Assembly: GCA_039811685.1 (NCBI GenBank)
Contig: JBDHZC010000002.1
Location: 576,001 to 640,000, forward strand
DNA from: Armatimonadota bacterium
GTDB taxonomy: Bacteria > Armatimonadota > UBA5829 > DSUL01
Direction: 5' to 3'
Length of the DNA stretch: 64,000 nucleotides
Shown one piece after another: positions 40,996 to 50,052 of this stretch (position 1 is the stretch's first letter; every line of letters starts with the position of its first letter). Position numbers and translations under genes: made by a program. The notes beneath the pieces were generated by a model. That model was not told the DNA's origin, did no database searches, and saw only the letters and a list, made by a program, of their open reading frames with translations.

Positions 40996-42000
40996 ATGGC
41001 AAAAGACACTGGCATCCGCGTTGGCGTTATCGGGTACGGCGGCGCGTTCAATATGGGCAAGGGACATCTGTCCCACTGTCAGGCGGCGGGAATGATACCG
41101 TCTGCGGTGTGCGATCTCGACCCGGCCCGCACAGAAGTGGCCAAAGCGGACTTTCCCGGTATCGCGACGTACAACAACGTTGAGGAGTTTCTGACCAAAG
41201 CGCCAGTGGACCTGGTCATTGTTATTACACCGCACAACACACATGCTGATCTGTGCATCCAGGCTTCCAACGCCGGCAAGCATGTGATTACTGAAAAGCC
41301 ATTCAGCATCACCGTCGCCGAAGCCACCGCGATGATTGAGGCGGCCAAGAAGGCTGGAAAGATGCTCAGCGTCTATCACAACCGGCGCTGGGACGGGGAC
41401 TTTATGGCCATCCGTCAGACTATAGAGGCGGGACTCATCGGCGACGTGTTCTCCATTGAGATGGGGATGGGCGGCTACGGGCACCCCGGAACCTGGTGGC
41501 GGGCGGACAAGAAGATATCCGGTGGCAACTTCTACGACTGGGGCGCTCACATCATTGACTGGATGCTCCACATTGTGAACAAGCCCATGGTGGACGTGAC
41601 CGGCATCTTCCAGAAGCGCGTCTGGATGGACGTCACCAACGAGGACCATACACAGGCCATTGTGCGCTTTGAGGACAACGTCTGGGCGAATGTAGAGATG
41701 TCGCAGATTGCGGCGGTTTCAAAGCCGCGCTACCGCATTCTGGGCACAAAGGGCGGCATTCTGGACCGATGGGAAGGGCATTTCACCCTTTTCAGCGACA
41801 TCGCGGGCTTGCGGGCAGAATCGAAGGTACCCTATTTGAAGGACGACTGGGCGGCGTACTACGGCAATATTGCCGCGCATCTGAGTGAGGGAGCGCCGCT
41901 GGCCGTGACACCTGAGTCAGCGCGAAGGATCATCTCTGTCATTGAGACAGCGGAGCGTTCCGCTGAGGCTGGTAAAGCGCTGGCGCCACCCTTCCGGTAG
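40996..42000 (+). CDS. Gfo/Idh/MocA oxidoreductase
   Basis: VGVIGYG, TPHNTH, GKHVITEKP, YHNRRWDGDF, DWGAH. Confidence 0.93.
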   Translation: MAKDTGIRVGVIGYGGAFNMGKGHLSHCQAAGMIPSAVCDLDPARTEVAKADFPGIATYNNVEEFLTKAPVDLVIVITPHNTHADLCIQASNAGKHVITEKPFSITVAEATAMIEAAKKAGKMLSVYHNRRWDGDFMAIRQTIEAGLIGDVFSIEMGMGGYGHPGTWWRADKKISGGNFYDWGAHIIDWMLHIVNKPMVDVTGIFQKRVWMDVTNEDHTQAIVRFEDNVWANVEMSQIAAVSKPRYRILGTKGGILDRWEGHFTLFSDIAGLRAESKVPYLKDDWAAYYGNIAAHLSEGAPLAVTPESARRIISVIETAERSAEAGKALAPPFR

Positions 42001-42089
42001 ATCGCGAGAGACCGCCGGCGGATTGCGGCAGTGTAGCAGATACCGCCGGCGTGTTGCGGCACCGTAACAGATACCGTAACACATACCGC

Positions 42090-42388
42090 CGGCGGTTGAA
42101 ACCGCGCCTGCGCAAACAAAGCCTGCCTGCGCAGGCTCAACTCCCGCAGTGTCCGCAGGGACACTTCGTACGGTAGGCGCGACTTCAGCCGCCGAGAACC
42201 CCCAGATTATCCCGCAGGCGGTTGAAACCGCGCCTGCGCAAACAAAGCCTGCCTGCGCAGGCTCAACTCCCACAGTGTCCGCAGGGACACTTCGTACGTA
42301 GGCGCGACTTCAGCCGCCGAGAACCCCCAGATTATCCCTCCGGCGGTTGAAACCGTGCCTACGCAAACAAAGCCTGCCTCCGCAGGCT
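42090..42388. repeat. REP/BIME-like cluster: ~125-bp unit x2.4 built from inverted hairpin elements
   Basis: Units start at 42091, 42217 and 42342; each holds GCGGTT-GA-AACCGC and AGCCTGC-N4-GCAGGCT; full units add AGTGTCC-N4-GGACACT and an inverted GTAGGCGCGACTTCAGCCGCCG. Confidence 0.85.
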
Positions 42389-42417
42389 CTGCGTATGATT
42401 GTTCGATGGAGGACACG

Positions 42418-42449
42418 AAAAAAAAGCCCGCTGAGATTCCTCAGCAGGC
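42418..42449 (-). terminator. Rho-independent terminator
   Basis: GCCTGCTGAG-GAAT-CTCAGCGGGC followed by T8 on the minus strand. Confidence 0.85.
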
Positions 42450-42501
42450 GTAGTGTCAAAATATATGACAGAAGGAGAAAAAGATGATTTTTGGTTTCCA
42501 C
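42418..42501 (-). ncRNA. Candidate sigma54-dependent small RNA (~85 nt)
   Basis: Lies between a consensus sigma54 promoter and a strong terminator; CU-rich anti-SD tract; no credible CDS on this strand. Confidence 0.6.
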
Positions 42502-42511
42502 TTATTAATAC

Positions 42512-42527
42512 TGCAAGAAGCGTGCCA
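42512..42527 (-). promoter_or_regulatory. Sigma54 (-24/-12) promoter
   Basis: TGGCACG-CTTC-TTGCA, exact match to TGGCACG-N4-TTGCW. Confidence 0.75.
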
Positions 42528-42675
42528 ATGTTCCCGTTCCCAGTATAAATACTGGTAGAAAATGTCCATTTTTCGCTGCCTCGCCTTCTGAGGGAAGCTG
42601 GATGATCTAACCTCAGACCTCTACGGCGAGCGAGAACGCAGGCTAGCAGAATTTTTCCCGTATTCAGAAAAACTC

Positions 42676-42736
42676 TTGACAACAAGTGCCGTCTGTGAGA
42701 ATATTTAGGCGTATATCTAATTAGGCACATGCCTAA
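42676..42736 (+). promoter_or_regulatory. sdpR promoter with two abutting TTAG-N8-CTAA operator-like palindromes
   Basis: TTGACA at 42676; TTAGGCGTATATCTAA (42705-42720) and TTAGGCACATGCCTAA (42721-42736). Confidence 0.6.
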
Positions 42737-42746
42737 GAGCAGTGCA

Positions 42747-43061
42747 ATGTCGACTAACAGCGTATTCAAAGCTCTGGCTGATCCAACGCGGAGGGAGATT
42801 CTCCGGCTGCTTGGGCATGGCGAGATGACGGCGGGTGAGCTGGCCGGGCGCTTCGACGTATCCTGGCCCTCCATGTCACATCACTTTGCCGTTCTGAAGA
42901 AGGCCTCTCTGATCGAGGGACGAAGAGACGGTCAGACAATTTACTATTCGCTGAATACGACAGTGCTGCAGGAGCTGCTGGCGTGGGCTTTTGATCTGGT
43001 TCCGAAGCTCAAAGCGGAGTCATCCGGACACGCCAGGGACGAATCCTCGGAGAAATCATAA
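42747..43061 (+). CDS. sdpR: ArsR-family repressor, SdpR-like
   Basis: FKALADPTRREIL..L..GEMTAGELA..F..S.PSMSHHF..LK...YSLNTTVLQE. Confidence 0.88.
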   Translation: MSTNSVFKALADPTRREILRLLGHGEMTAGELAGRFDVSWPSMSHHFAVLKKASLIEGRRDGQTIYYSLNTTVLQELLAWAFDLVPKLKAESSGHARDESSEKS

Positions 43062-43708
43062 ATGAACAACAGATGGTTCTGGTATTCGGTCGCGCTGAGC
43101 GCGGCTGTGTTCGCCGTAACGATTGTTCTGTATCCGCGCCTGCCGCAGATGATGCCCATCCACTGGAATATTCAGGGACAGGCGGACAACTACGCTCCAA
43201 AGTGGCCGGGGGCATTCCTGATTGCGTTTATGATGGCGGGATGGTGCGTGTGCTTCTGGCTGCTGCGCTGGCTCTCTCCGCGTGACTACGATACCGAGCG
43301 CTTTCGCGAGACGTTTTCCTACATCCTGTTCTGTGTTGCGGCGCTGTTGGCGTACATTCACGCGCTGACGCTGTACTTTGTCTTTGGCCGCATAGATTTT
43401 TCGCGGTGGATGATGGGGGGATTGTTCCTGTTCTTTGCGCTGCTTGGCAACGTCCTGGGGCGCGTGAAGCGCAACTTCTGGGTGGGCGTGCGCACTCCGT
43501 GGACTCTGGCGGATGAAGGGGTTGGAACGCGACGCACCGTCTCGCCGGACGCCTGTGGGTCGCCGGTGGCATAGCGGGGCTGATTCTCACAGTGCTCGGG
43601 GTTGGTTACGTGTGGCTGATAGCCTTCTTTCTGGTTGTTGTGATACTTCCCGCTCCTTATTCGCTTTATCTCTCAAAGAAACCGTCGGCGAATGGCGCGG
43701 CGCATTGA
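43062..43708 (+). pseudogene. sdpI: SdpI-family membrane protein with a 1-nt frameshift near 43518-43523
   Basis: MPIHWN..GQAD and NFWVGVRTPWTLADE in the first frame; the conserved WNATHRLAGRLW continues in another frame to TGA 43708. Confidence 0.75.
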
Positions 43709-43774
43709 GCGCACGGCAGGGAGCCGGTGTCTGGCGCCAGGAAACCGGGGCGGCAGATACAGCGGGAGGTGAGG

Positions 43775-46153
43775 CTACGGGCCGGAGATTCGCCAGTTCA
43801 TATCGGTGACCCGGTCAGGGCTCAGCGTACCACCGGAGAGAAAGTGCGTGCCGTCCATACTCCATGCGGCAAGGCTTCCGAGAGTCACATGCTGCCAGAT
43901 GAGGTCTGTTTTTCCATCACCTGAGATATCGTAGGCGGAGGCGATCGTCCAGTTGGGGTCTGGCACGAGATTCGGCGAAAGCTGGGTTCCCGACACAAAC
44001 TGTGTTCCGTTCATCAGCCAGGCTGCCAGGGCGCCCACCGTCTGGTGCCGCCAGATGAGGTCCGGCTTGCCGTCCTGGTTAATGTCCCGGACAGCGACAA
44101 CCCACCACCGGGGATCGCCAACCTGCGCCGGTGTCAACGGAGTTGAGCCTATGTGTGTTGCGCCATCCATCAGCCATACGAGAAGCGAGCCGTCAGAGGT
44201 GTTCTGCCACAGGATATCGTTGTGGCCGTCTGCGTTGAAGTCGCCGACACCGCCGATGCGCCAGCGCACGTCCGCCATCTGACCGACGGTGGCCGCTGAG
44301 GAGCGTGTGACGCCGTTCATAAACCAGATCGCGACTGAGCCCACCCCCTGGTGGCGCCAGAGCAGATCGGGCTTACCGTCACCGTTCATGTCCGGTGTGC
44401 CGACGACCCACCAGCGCGTGTCAGGAACCTGACTGGGGGTGAGAACACTGGAGCCGATGCGCTGACGGCCGTTCATGAACCAGACGCACAGACTGCCAAC
44501 TCCCCTGTGATGCCAGAGCAGATCCGTCTTTCCGTCTCCGTTGAAATCTCCGACAACCGGGCTGGAAGGGGCGGGCGGCGGTGTCTGAGCCTGAGCCGCG
44601 AAGTTGGCAGAAATTCGCAGGCTTCCGCTGCCTGAAGCGTAACCCCCGACGAGCAGCAGATAGCTCACTCCGCCAGCCACATTGTAGGACAGCCGACTCG
44701 TGGTAGTAACGCCGGAAACGTCATCGTCGTTACATGCCAGCGTCTGCCAGTTCCCACACACTCCACTGAGAAGACCGAGCACCGTATCGTAAGAACTGCC
44801 GGCCGTCGTAACAGTGAGCGTACCGTTAGACGGCGCCGTGTACCGGAACCATACGACTTTTCCAATCCCGACACCGCAAAGCGAGGCCGGGTCTGCGTCT
44901 GAGGTCGCAGTGCTGGTGGACTGGGTAATCACTGCTCCCGAGGTCAGGTTGGTCGCCCCGGCGCACTGGTCGTTGGCGGGAGCCGGCGGCGCGGGTGGCG
45001 GTGTCGCGGACTTTGGCATGTAAAGCGACTGAATGCCCTGGATATCGTCCGAATGCAGACCGCTTACCCGCTTGTAGTACGCGTACATCACCGCGTTGGT
45101 GTCACTGGAGTGGTTCAGACCCAAGCCATGCCCCAGCTCGTGGAGGGCGACAGAGAACAGGTCAATGTCTGAGCCGATGTTCCAGTTTTCATCTGCGTCA
45201 AAATGCAGATCCCCGGCAATGGATTCTGGATTGGGTGGCGATGGGAAGAAACAGTGCGCCAGAACTGTCCCCGGACCGTCGAACGCATATCCATCTCCAT
45301 GATCTCTGCTGTAGAAGCCAATTTCCAGACAGCGCGCCAATCCAGGCTGAGAGGTTTCCGTGAAGCTGAGTGCCGCATACCTGGCCCATTCCGCAAGAGC
45401 GCGCTCGATCTCGGCTTTCTGGTCGGCAGCGCTCAGGCGGCTCGTGAAGTTGCGAAAGCTGTACGTGAGAGAGGCGGAGCCCAGGCCCGGGCCGTCCCAC
45501 CCATCTCCGGTTGCGACGTAGTTTGGAACCGGACCCATTCGCGTAGAGGCGCCGGCACAGTAGTACATGCTTTGTCCGGCTGTCATACCTTCTGGCGCCT
45601 GACCCACCCATGCCACACAGTCCTCCCGCGCTATGGCTGAGGCGGACGCGACGTCCGCAAAGACGGCCAACGCGACATGATCCGGAAGCGACGGCGCCGG
45701 CACGATGCTGCCGCCGTGGGCAACAATGACAGCGCGCGCATTATCTGGTGTGGTATCCGGGAAGAACTCCACGACGGCCTGCTGAGCGGCGGAGGCGTCC
45801 AGCTTGTCCAGCGGACCAAAAGAACCTACCCAGCGCACTCCACGGACAGTCTGCGGGTTGAAACCGGCTGGAATCAGCGCTGCAACCGTGTAGTCCGGGA
45901 TGAAGTGTTCAATCCGGACTCCCTTCGCCTTCAAAGTTGCAGCAGCAGAGTCCATGGCTCCGGCTTCAAACTGAATGAGACCGTGCCAGTCACGGGCTCT
46001 GACCGACTGGGCGCCCACTGCGGAGGGCGAAGGCGTGAAGGAGCGTGACTTGAAGTGGAGGGTGTAGTCCGCAGAATCGCTGGCGCTGGCGCCACCAGCG
46101 ATAACGGCGCAGGCTATGAAGGCAAAAAGAGAAGTGGTAAGTCGGTCAATCAT
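43775..46153 (-). CDS. Secreted matrixin (M10) metalloprotease with C-terminal FG-GAP/VCBS repeats
   Basis: HGDGYAFDG, LAH.F, HFDADE, HELGHGLGLNH, AVM Met-turn; DFNGDGKTDLLW repeats. Confidence 0.9.
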   Translation of the reverse strand: MIDRLTTSLFAFIACAVIAGGASASDSADYTLHFKSRSFTPSPSAVGAQSVRARDWHGLIQFEAGAMDSAAATLKAKGVRIEHFIPDYTVAALIPAGFNPQTVRGVRWVGSFGPLDKLDASAAQQAVVEFFPDTTPDNARAVIVAHGGSIVPAPSLPDHVALAVFADVASASAIAREDCVAWVGQAPEGMTAGQSMYYCAGASTRMGPVPNYVATGDGWDGPGLGSASLTYSFRNFTSRLSAADQKAEIERALAEWARYAALSFTETSQPGLARCLEIGFYSRDHGDGYAFDGPGTVLAHCFFPSPPNPESIAGDLHFDADENWNIGSDIDLFSVALHELGHGLGLNHSSDTNAVMYAYYKRVSGLHSDDIQGIQSLYMPKSATPPPAPPAPANDQCAGATNLTSGAVITQSTSTATSDADPASLCGVGIGKVVWFRYTAPSNGTLTVTTAGSSYDTVLGLLSGVCGNWQTLACNDDDVSGVTTTSRLSYNVAGGVSYLLLVGGYASGSGSLRISANFAAQAQTPPPAPSSPVVGDFNGDGKTDLLWHHRGVGSLCVWFMNGRQRIGSSVLTPSQVPDTRWWVVGTPDMNGDGKPDLLWRHQGVGSVAIWFMNGVTRSSAATVGQMADVRWRIGGVGDFNADGHNDILWQNTSDGSLLVWLMDGATHIGSTPLTPAQVGDPRWWVVAVRDINQDGKPDLIWRHQTVGALAAWLMNGTQFVSGTQLSPNLVPDPNWTIASAYDISGDGKTDLIWQHVTLGSLAAWSMDGTHFLSGGTLSPDRVTDMNWRISGP

Positions 46154-46406
46154 GGTCGGTCATCAGGGGCGAACTGTTGCGGGACAAGGACAAGCGCGAG
46201 GCGTAGCGCACGGGCGCAGGCTGCGCATTTGAGAGGTCAGTGTGCGCTCGCCGGTACGAAAGGCGTTTTGCACCCATAGAGAATATTCCACAGTTTGAAC
46301 CGTTGGCTGTCGCCTGGTTTGACAAAGCATCTGAGATGGCCGCTTCGACCTCTGACAACTGTCAGCTTATCCGCAGGCAGCCGCACACGCAAGAGCAAAG
46401 ATTTGT

Positions 46407-46435
46407 TTGACCAAACCTGTGGTGTGAGGTACAAT
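46407..46435 (+). promoter_or_regulatory. Sigma70 promoter with no long CDS downstream
   Basis: TTGACC-N17-TACAAT. Confidence 0.65.
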
Positions 46436-46441
46436 AGCTGT

Positions 46442-46675
46442 ACCGACTACTCACAGGAGGTGATGGCCATATGGACTATTCTTTACGAGGTGATGAGCAG
46501 GGCTGACGTTTTAGCCTTGTAGAGCAAGCTGGACGGGCGCGTCCGGTAAGCCTCTAAGGGTTATGAACTCGGCCCTGGGCGGAAAACGCATCCGCCAGCA
46601 GGAGCAATCTTGCTTTCGTTCGAGTTCATCTCAAAAATGCGGCCGGAGCCTCCGGGCTTCGGCCGCAACTCGTTT
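46442..46675 (+). ncRNA. Candidate structured ncRNA, or sORF-containing RNA
   Basis: Promoter upstream, tandem GAGGTGATG motifs, several helices including a three-way junction, terminal 13-bp hairpin. Confidence 0.5.
46633..46675. terminator. Probable bidirectional terminator hairpin
   Basis: AAAAA-TGCGGCCGGAGCC-TCCG-GGCTTCGGCCGCA, between convergent units. Confidence 0.6.
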
Positions 46676-46738
46676 GAGCCAGAGCTACTCCGCGCTTTTG
46701 AACCGCCTGGCACAGTCAAGCGTGGCGTACTAGAAGAG

Positions 46739-47179
46739 CTACATCCCCAGATCTCTGCGAATGCTGTCTGCGCGCCGCACTGTGCCCAGTGAAGATCGCC
46801 GCCGATCCAGCGCCTGTCCAACCTTGATGCTCAGCAGATCGTACACGTCCACCCCGGGAATATTTTTCTCTACGTAATCGAAAGCGCCCAGCTTCATGCA
46901 CTCCACAGCATTCGCCACGTTGCCATAGGCGGTGAGTACGATGACTTCTGTGAATATGTCGCGCGCAACCGCAGCCTTGAGAACACTCACACCCGCCTGC
47001 TCACTGTTCATCACCATGTCCGTCACCACAACGTCGTAGCTGGGCTGAGTTTCGAGGATCATTTGCTCGGCAGCTTCCTCATTCTCTGCTTCGTCCACCT
47101 GATAGCCATCGCGCGAAAGCCGCCTCTTCACAGCCGCGCGCACGGATTCTTCGTCATCAACAATAAGTAGTTTTGTCAC
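46739..47179 (-). CDS. Stand-alone response regulator receiver
   Basis: LLIVDDE, VVTDMVM, LTAYG, GAFDYVEK. Confidence 0.9.
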   Translation of the reverse strand: MTKLLIVDDEESVRAAVKRRLSRDGYQVDEAENEEAAEQMILETQPSYDVVVTDMVMNSEQAGVSVLKAAVARDIFTEVIVLTAYGNVANAVECMKLGAFDYVEKNIPGVDVYDLLSIKVGQALDRRRSSLGTVRRADSIRRDLGM

Positions 47180-47242
47180 GTGTCAGCGTTTCCTCATTCA
47201 TCCGAAGACTCGGTTCATCAGCCGTTTGTCAAAGCTCTGTGG

Positions 47243-48970
47243 TCAGGCTGAGGCCACAGGCAACAGGATTTCAAAGCGAGCGCCCTTGCCTTCTTCGCCA
47301 GTTTCTGTGATCTCTCCCCTGTGCGCATCTATTATGCCCTTCACGATAGAGAGTCCAAGTCCCATGCCCTTGGAGCGCGTTGAGAAGAACGGGCGGAAAA
47401 TCTGTTTCTTTACATCCCTCGGAATGCCGGGCCCACGGTCTTCGAAGGTGACGCGTATCTGCTCCGGTTGGTGGGGCACAGGTTCTGTTCGCACACGCAC
47501 AAGCCCGCCTTCCTGCTGGAAATTGAAGCTGTTTTCGATAAGCTCGGAGAAGCAGCGGCGCAGCTTGGATGGGTCAGCTTCCACCGGTGGTAGATCCGGC
47601 GCGAACTCCAGCTCCAGCTTCACGGGCGTATTGCGCGGGAAGGCCTCAGTTACGGCTTCCTGTAACAGCTCGTTAATGGAGATGCGGCTGGTTTGCAGCT
47701 TGGTGGCGACGACAAATTCCCGGAACTCTGAGAGAATCTCTTCAAGGCGGAAGATCCCTCTCTCAAGGCTGGTGATGAGGGGCATAATCTTCTCTCGGTC
47801 GCAGCACTCTTCGCACACGTGGCGCAGTTCGTTTAGATCGCCTTTGATGGCAAAGACGCGGTTGCCGATCATGTGCGCGGAGCGCGCCGACATCTCACCC
47901 CATGCCGCCATTCTCTCGGCGGCGACTAGCCTCTTGACGAGGTTGACGCTGTCGATGACTGCTCCCAGAATGCTGGCGATCGCCACGACCAGCCCCTCAT
48001 CCTCATCCGTAAAATCGTTTGGCACCCAGGCGTAGGCGCTGCGCCTTCTCAGGATGCGCAGCACCCCCAGCAGATGGTCGTAGCCCTGAATGGGCGCTGC
48101 GATGAGGCCGCCCACTTCTTCCGGCGGCAGCTCTTCGTGCCGTCCCCGCCAGCGCGGGTCTTTGCGCGGGTCTCCCACGCGCGCCGGCTGTCCGTGCTCA
48201 GCCACCCAGCCGGTGATGCCCTCACCCAGGCTGTAGCGCGCCTCATGAACCTTCTCCCCCAGCGATCCTCTCGAAGCTTCGAGCACGAGGGCGGTGTTGT
48301 CTTTGTCCAGCAAAAAGATGGAGCAGTCTTCAAACTGGATTGCTCCGGCCACCAGGTCTATGACGCGGTTATAGAGGTCAACGGAGCGCGCAAAGCGGCC
48401 GATCTCGCGCCCCAGTGAGACCAGGGCCGCCTGTCTCTTGCGCTGCTCGTCCGCCACAATGCGCAGCGCGATGAGATTGGCTACGGCTACCAGAAAATCT
48501 TCGTGCTCTTCAGTGAAGGCATTCAGCGCAACGCTCTCGACGTTGATAACTCCCTGCGTCCTTCCGTCCGCGTCAAGGATGGGCACAGCGAGTTCGCTCC
48601 TGGCATCCGCGAAGTGGCGCACATAGTACCTGTCACTTGACACATCGCCGGTGCGGTAGGGAGCGCCAGTAGCCGCGACGTGGCTGGTGATACCACGCCC
48701 TGTCTCCTGCGACATCTTCAACCGCAGCCGCGCGCTCATCTCACTCCAGCCCGCCCCCGCCGTGTAGCGCACAGCGAGCTCACCGTGCTCATAGTCCACC
48801 ATAGCGATGAACGCGCGGTGAGCATTGAGGGCGTGCATGGACTCTGTGAGGATGGCGTCAATGATGTGATCCAACTGGGCATCGTTGGAGACCAGCAGAC
48901 GAGAGATCCGTCCAAACACCGAGGCGTGAAGATAGGCGCTTCTTGTAGCCTTGTTCCCAGCGTTACTCAT
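47243..48970 (-). CDS. Cytoplasmic GAF-GAF histidine kinase
   Basis: Two GAF domains (GITSHVA..G, GEGITGWVA), AHMIGNR H-box, DRGPGI, FRPFFST, GMGLGL. Confidence 0.9.
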   Translation of the reverse strand: MSNAGNKATRSAYLHASVFGRISRLLVSNDAQLDHIIDAILTESMHALNAHRAFIAMVDYEHGELAVRYTAGAGWSEMSARLRLKMSQETGRGITSHVAATGAPYRTGDVSSDRYYVRHFADARSELAVPILDADGRTQGVINVESVALNAFTEEHEDFLVAVANLIALRIVADEQRKRQAALVSLGREIGRFARSVDLYNRVIDLVAGAIQFEDCSIFLLDKDNTALVLEASRGSLGEKVHEARYSLGEGITGWVAEHGQPARVGDPRKDPRWRGRHEELPPEEVGGLIAAPIQGYDHLLGVLRILRRRSAYAWVPNDFTDEDEGLVVAIASILGAVIDSVNLVKRLVAAERMAAWGEMSARSAHMIGNRVFAIKGDLNELRHVCEECCDREKIMPLITSLERGIFRLEEILSEFREFVVATKLQTSRISINELLQEAVTEAFPRNTPVKLELEFAPDLPPVEADPSKLRRCFSELIENSFNFQQEGGLVRVRTEPVPHQPEQIRVTFEDRGPGIPRDVKKQIFRPFFSTRSKGMGLGLSIVKGIIDAHRGEITETGEEGKGARFEILLPVASA

Positions 48971-49143
48971 GTCGCATACTATTTAGCCGGAAACGGCGCA
49001 GTATGCCTCCGCAAGACAGTACAAACCGCGCCAGATGAGCTTGTGTGGCACTGGCGCAGGAGTCGTTGCTCAGCGCGAAGAAACAGCTTCCAGGCTTGCG
49101 GGTATTGTTCCGCCGCGCCGCTTTTCTTCGTCTCACACTCTCT

Positions 49144-50052
49144 ATGGCCACAGTCGCGCCCATATTCTCCACGTTTTTACTGTTGCTGGTCGGTTTCGCC
49201 CTGCGCAAAGGACGCATCCTGAAGCAGGGTGAGACGGACACGCTCAACGCCGTGATTATCTTCGCGACCGTGCCGGCCCTGGCTTTCACCATCATGTACG
49301 GTCAGAAGCTGAGCTGGAGCGCGGCGGCAGTTGTGGTCGGCGGGAACCTGGCCAATCTGGTCAGCCTTGCAGTTGCATGGAGTATCGCGCGCGCATTGAA
49401 GCTCAGCCGGCCGCGAACCGGGGCGTTTATGATAGCCGCAACCTTCGGCAACACGACTTTTATGGGAATTCCGATTATCGCGGCGGCCTTTCACGGAAGC
49501 AAGCATGCGCTCTTGTACGGGATTGTGTATGGCGAGCTGGCGATGTCGCTACCGGTATATACGCTGGGATTGTGGGTGGCTTCGCACTTTGGCGGCGCGC
49601 AGGCGCATATGCGGGAGCTTCTGTCCATCAAGCGGCTGCCAGCAATACCGGCGCTTTTTGCTGGACTCGTGTTGTCCGGAGTGACAGTGCCTGGGGCGTT
49701 GATGGACGTCATCAAGAGCCTTGGCGCCTGCACGCTGCCGCTTTCGATGATCTCGGTGGGCGTTATGCTGAGCGGCCGGAGCTTTCGCGGAAACGGAGCG
49801 CTCATCGTGTGTACGGGCATTTTGAAGTTGTTTTGCATGCCGCTGATTGTGTATGCCATACTGACTCTGTTCGGAGTTGGGGGGCTCACGAGGCAGGTGG
49901 CGACTTTGCAGGCGGCGATGCCGAACTCAATCATCTCCAATATTATGACCGTCCAGGGCGGCTCGGATGGCAATCTGGTTTCCAGCGCTACGCTGGCCAC
50001 GACCATCGCCAGCGTAGCGACGCTGCCGCTTGTGCTGATGGCGCTTCGCTGA
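49144..50052 (+). CDS. AEC-family transporter
   Basis: PALAF, FGNTTFMGIPII, QAAMP; about 10 TM segments. Confidence 0.88.
   Translation: MATVAPIFSTFLLLLVGFALRKGRILKQGETDTLNAVIIFATVPALAFTIMYGQKLSWSAAAVVVGGNLANLVSLAVAWSIARALKLSRPRTGAFMIAATFGNTTFMGIPIIAAAFHGSKHALLYGIVYGELAMSLPVYTLGLWVASHFGGAQAHMRELLSIKRLPAIPALFAGLVLSGVTVPGALMDVIKSLGACTLPLSMISVGVMLSGRSFRGNGALIVCTGILKLFCMPLIVYAILTLFGVGGLTRQVATLQAAMPNSIISNIMTVQGGSDGNLVSSATLATTIASVATLPLVLMALR

Noticed and set aside
42090..42388. Repeat cluster as a second CRISPR array, and ORFs 41859-42416
   Set aside because: Whole 125-bp units are repeated with no unique spacers; the ORFs are repeat translations
42484..42558. Plus-strand sORF MIFGFHLLILQEACQCSRSQYKYW with an AAGGAG RBS (type I toxin-like?)
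   Set aside because: The promoter and terminator point to the minus strand, so the RBS is more simply the mirror of the sRNA seed; kept only as an alternative
46166..46200. GGGGCGAAC resembling a tmRNA 5' end
   Set aside because: No following TTCGAC motif, and no matching 3' T-arm/CCA end found
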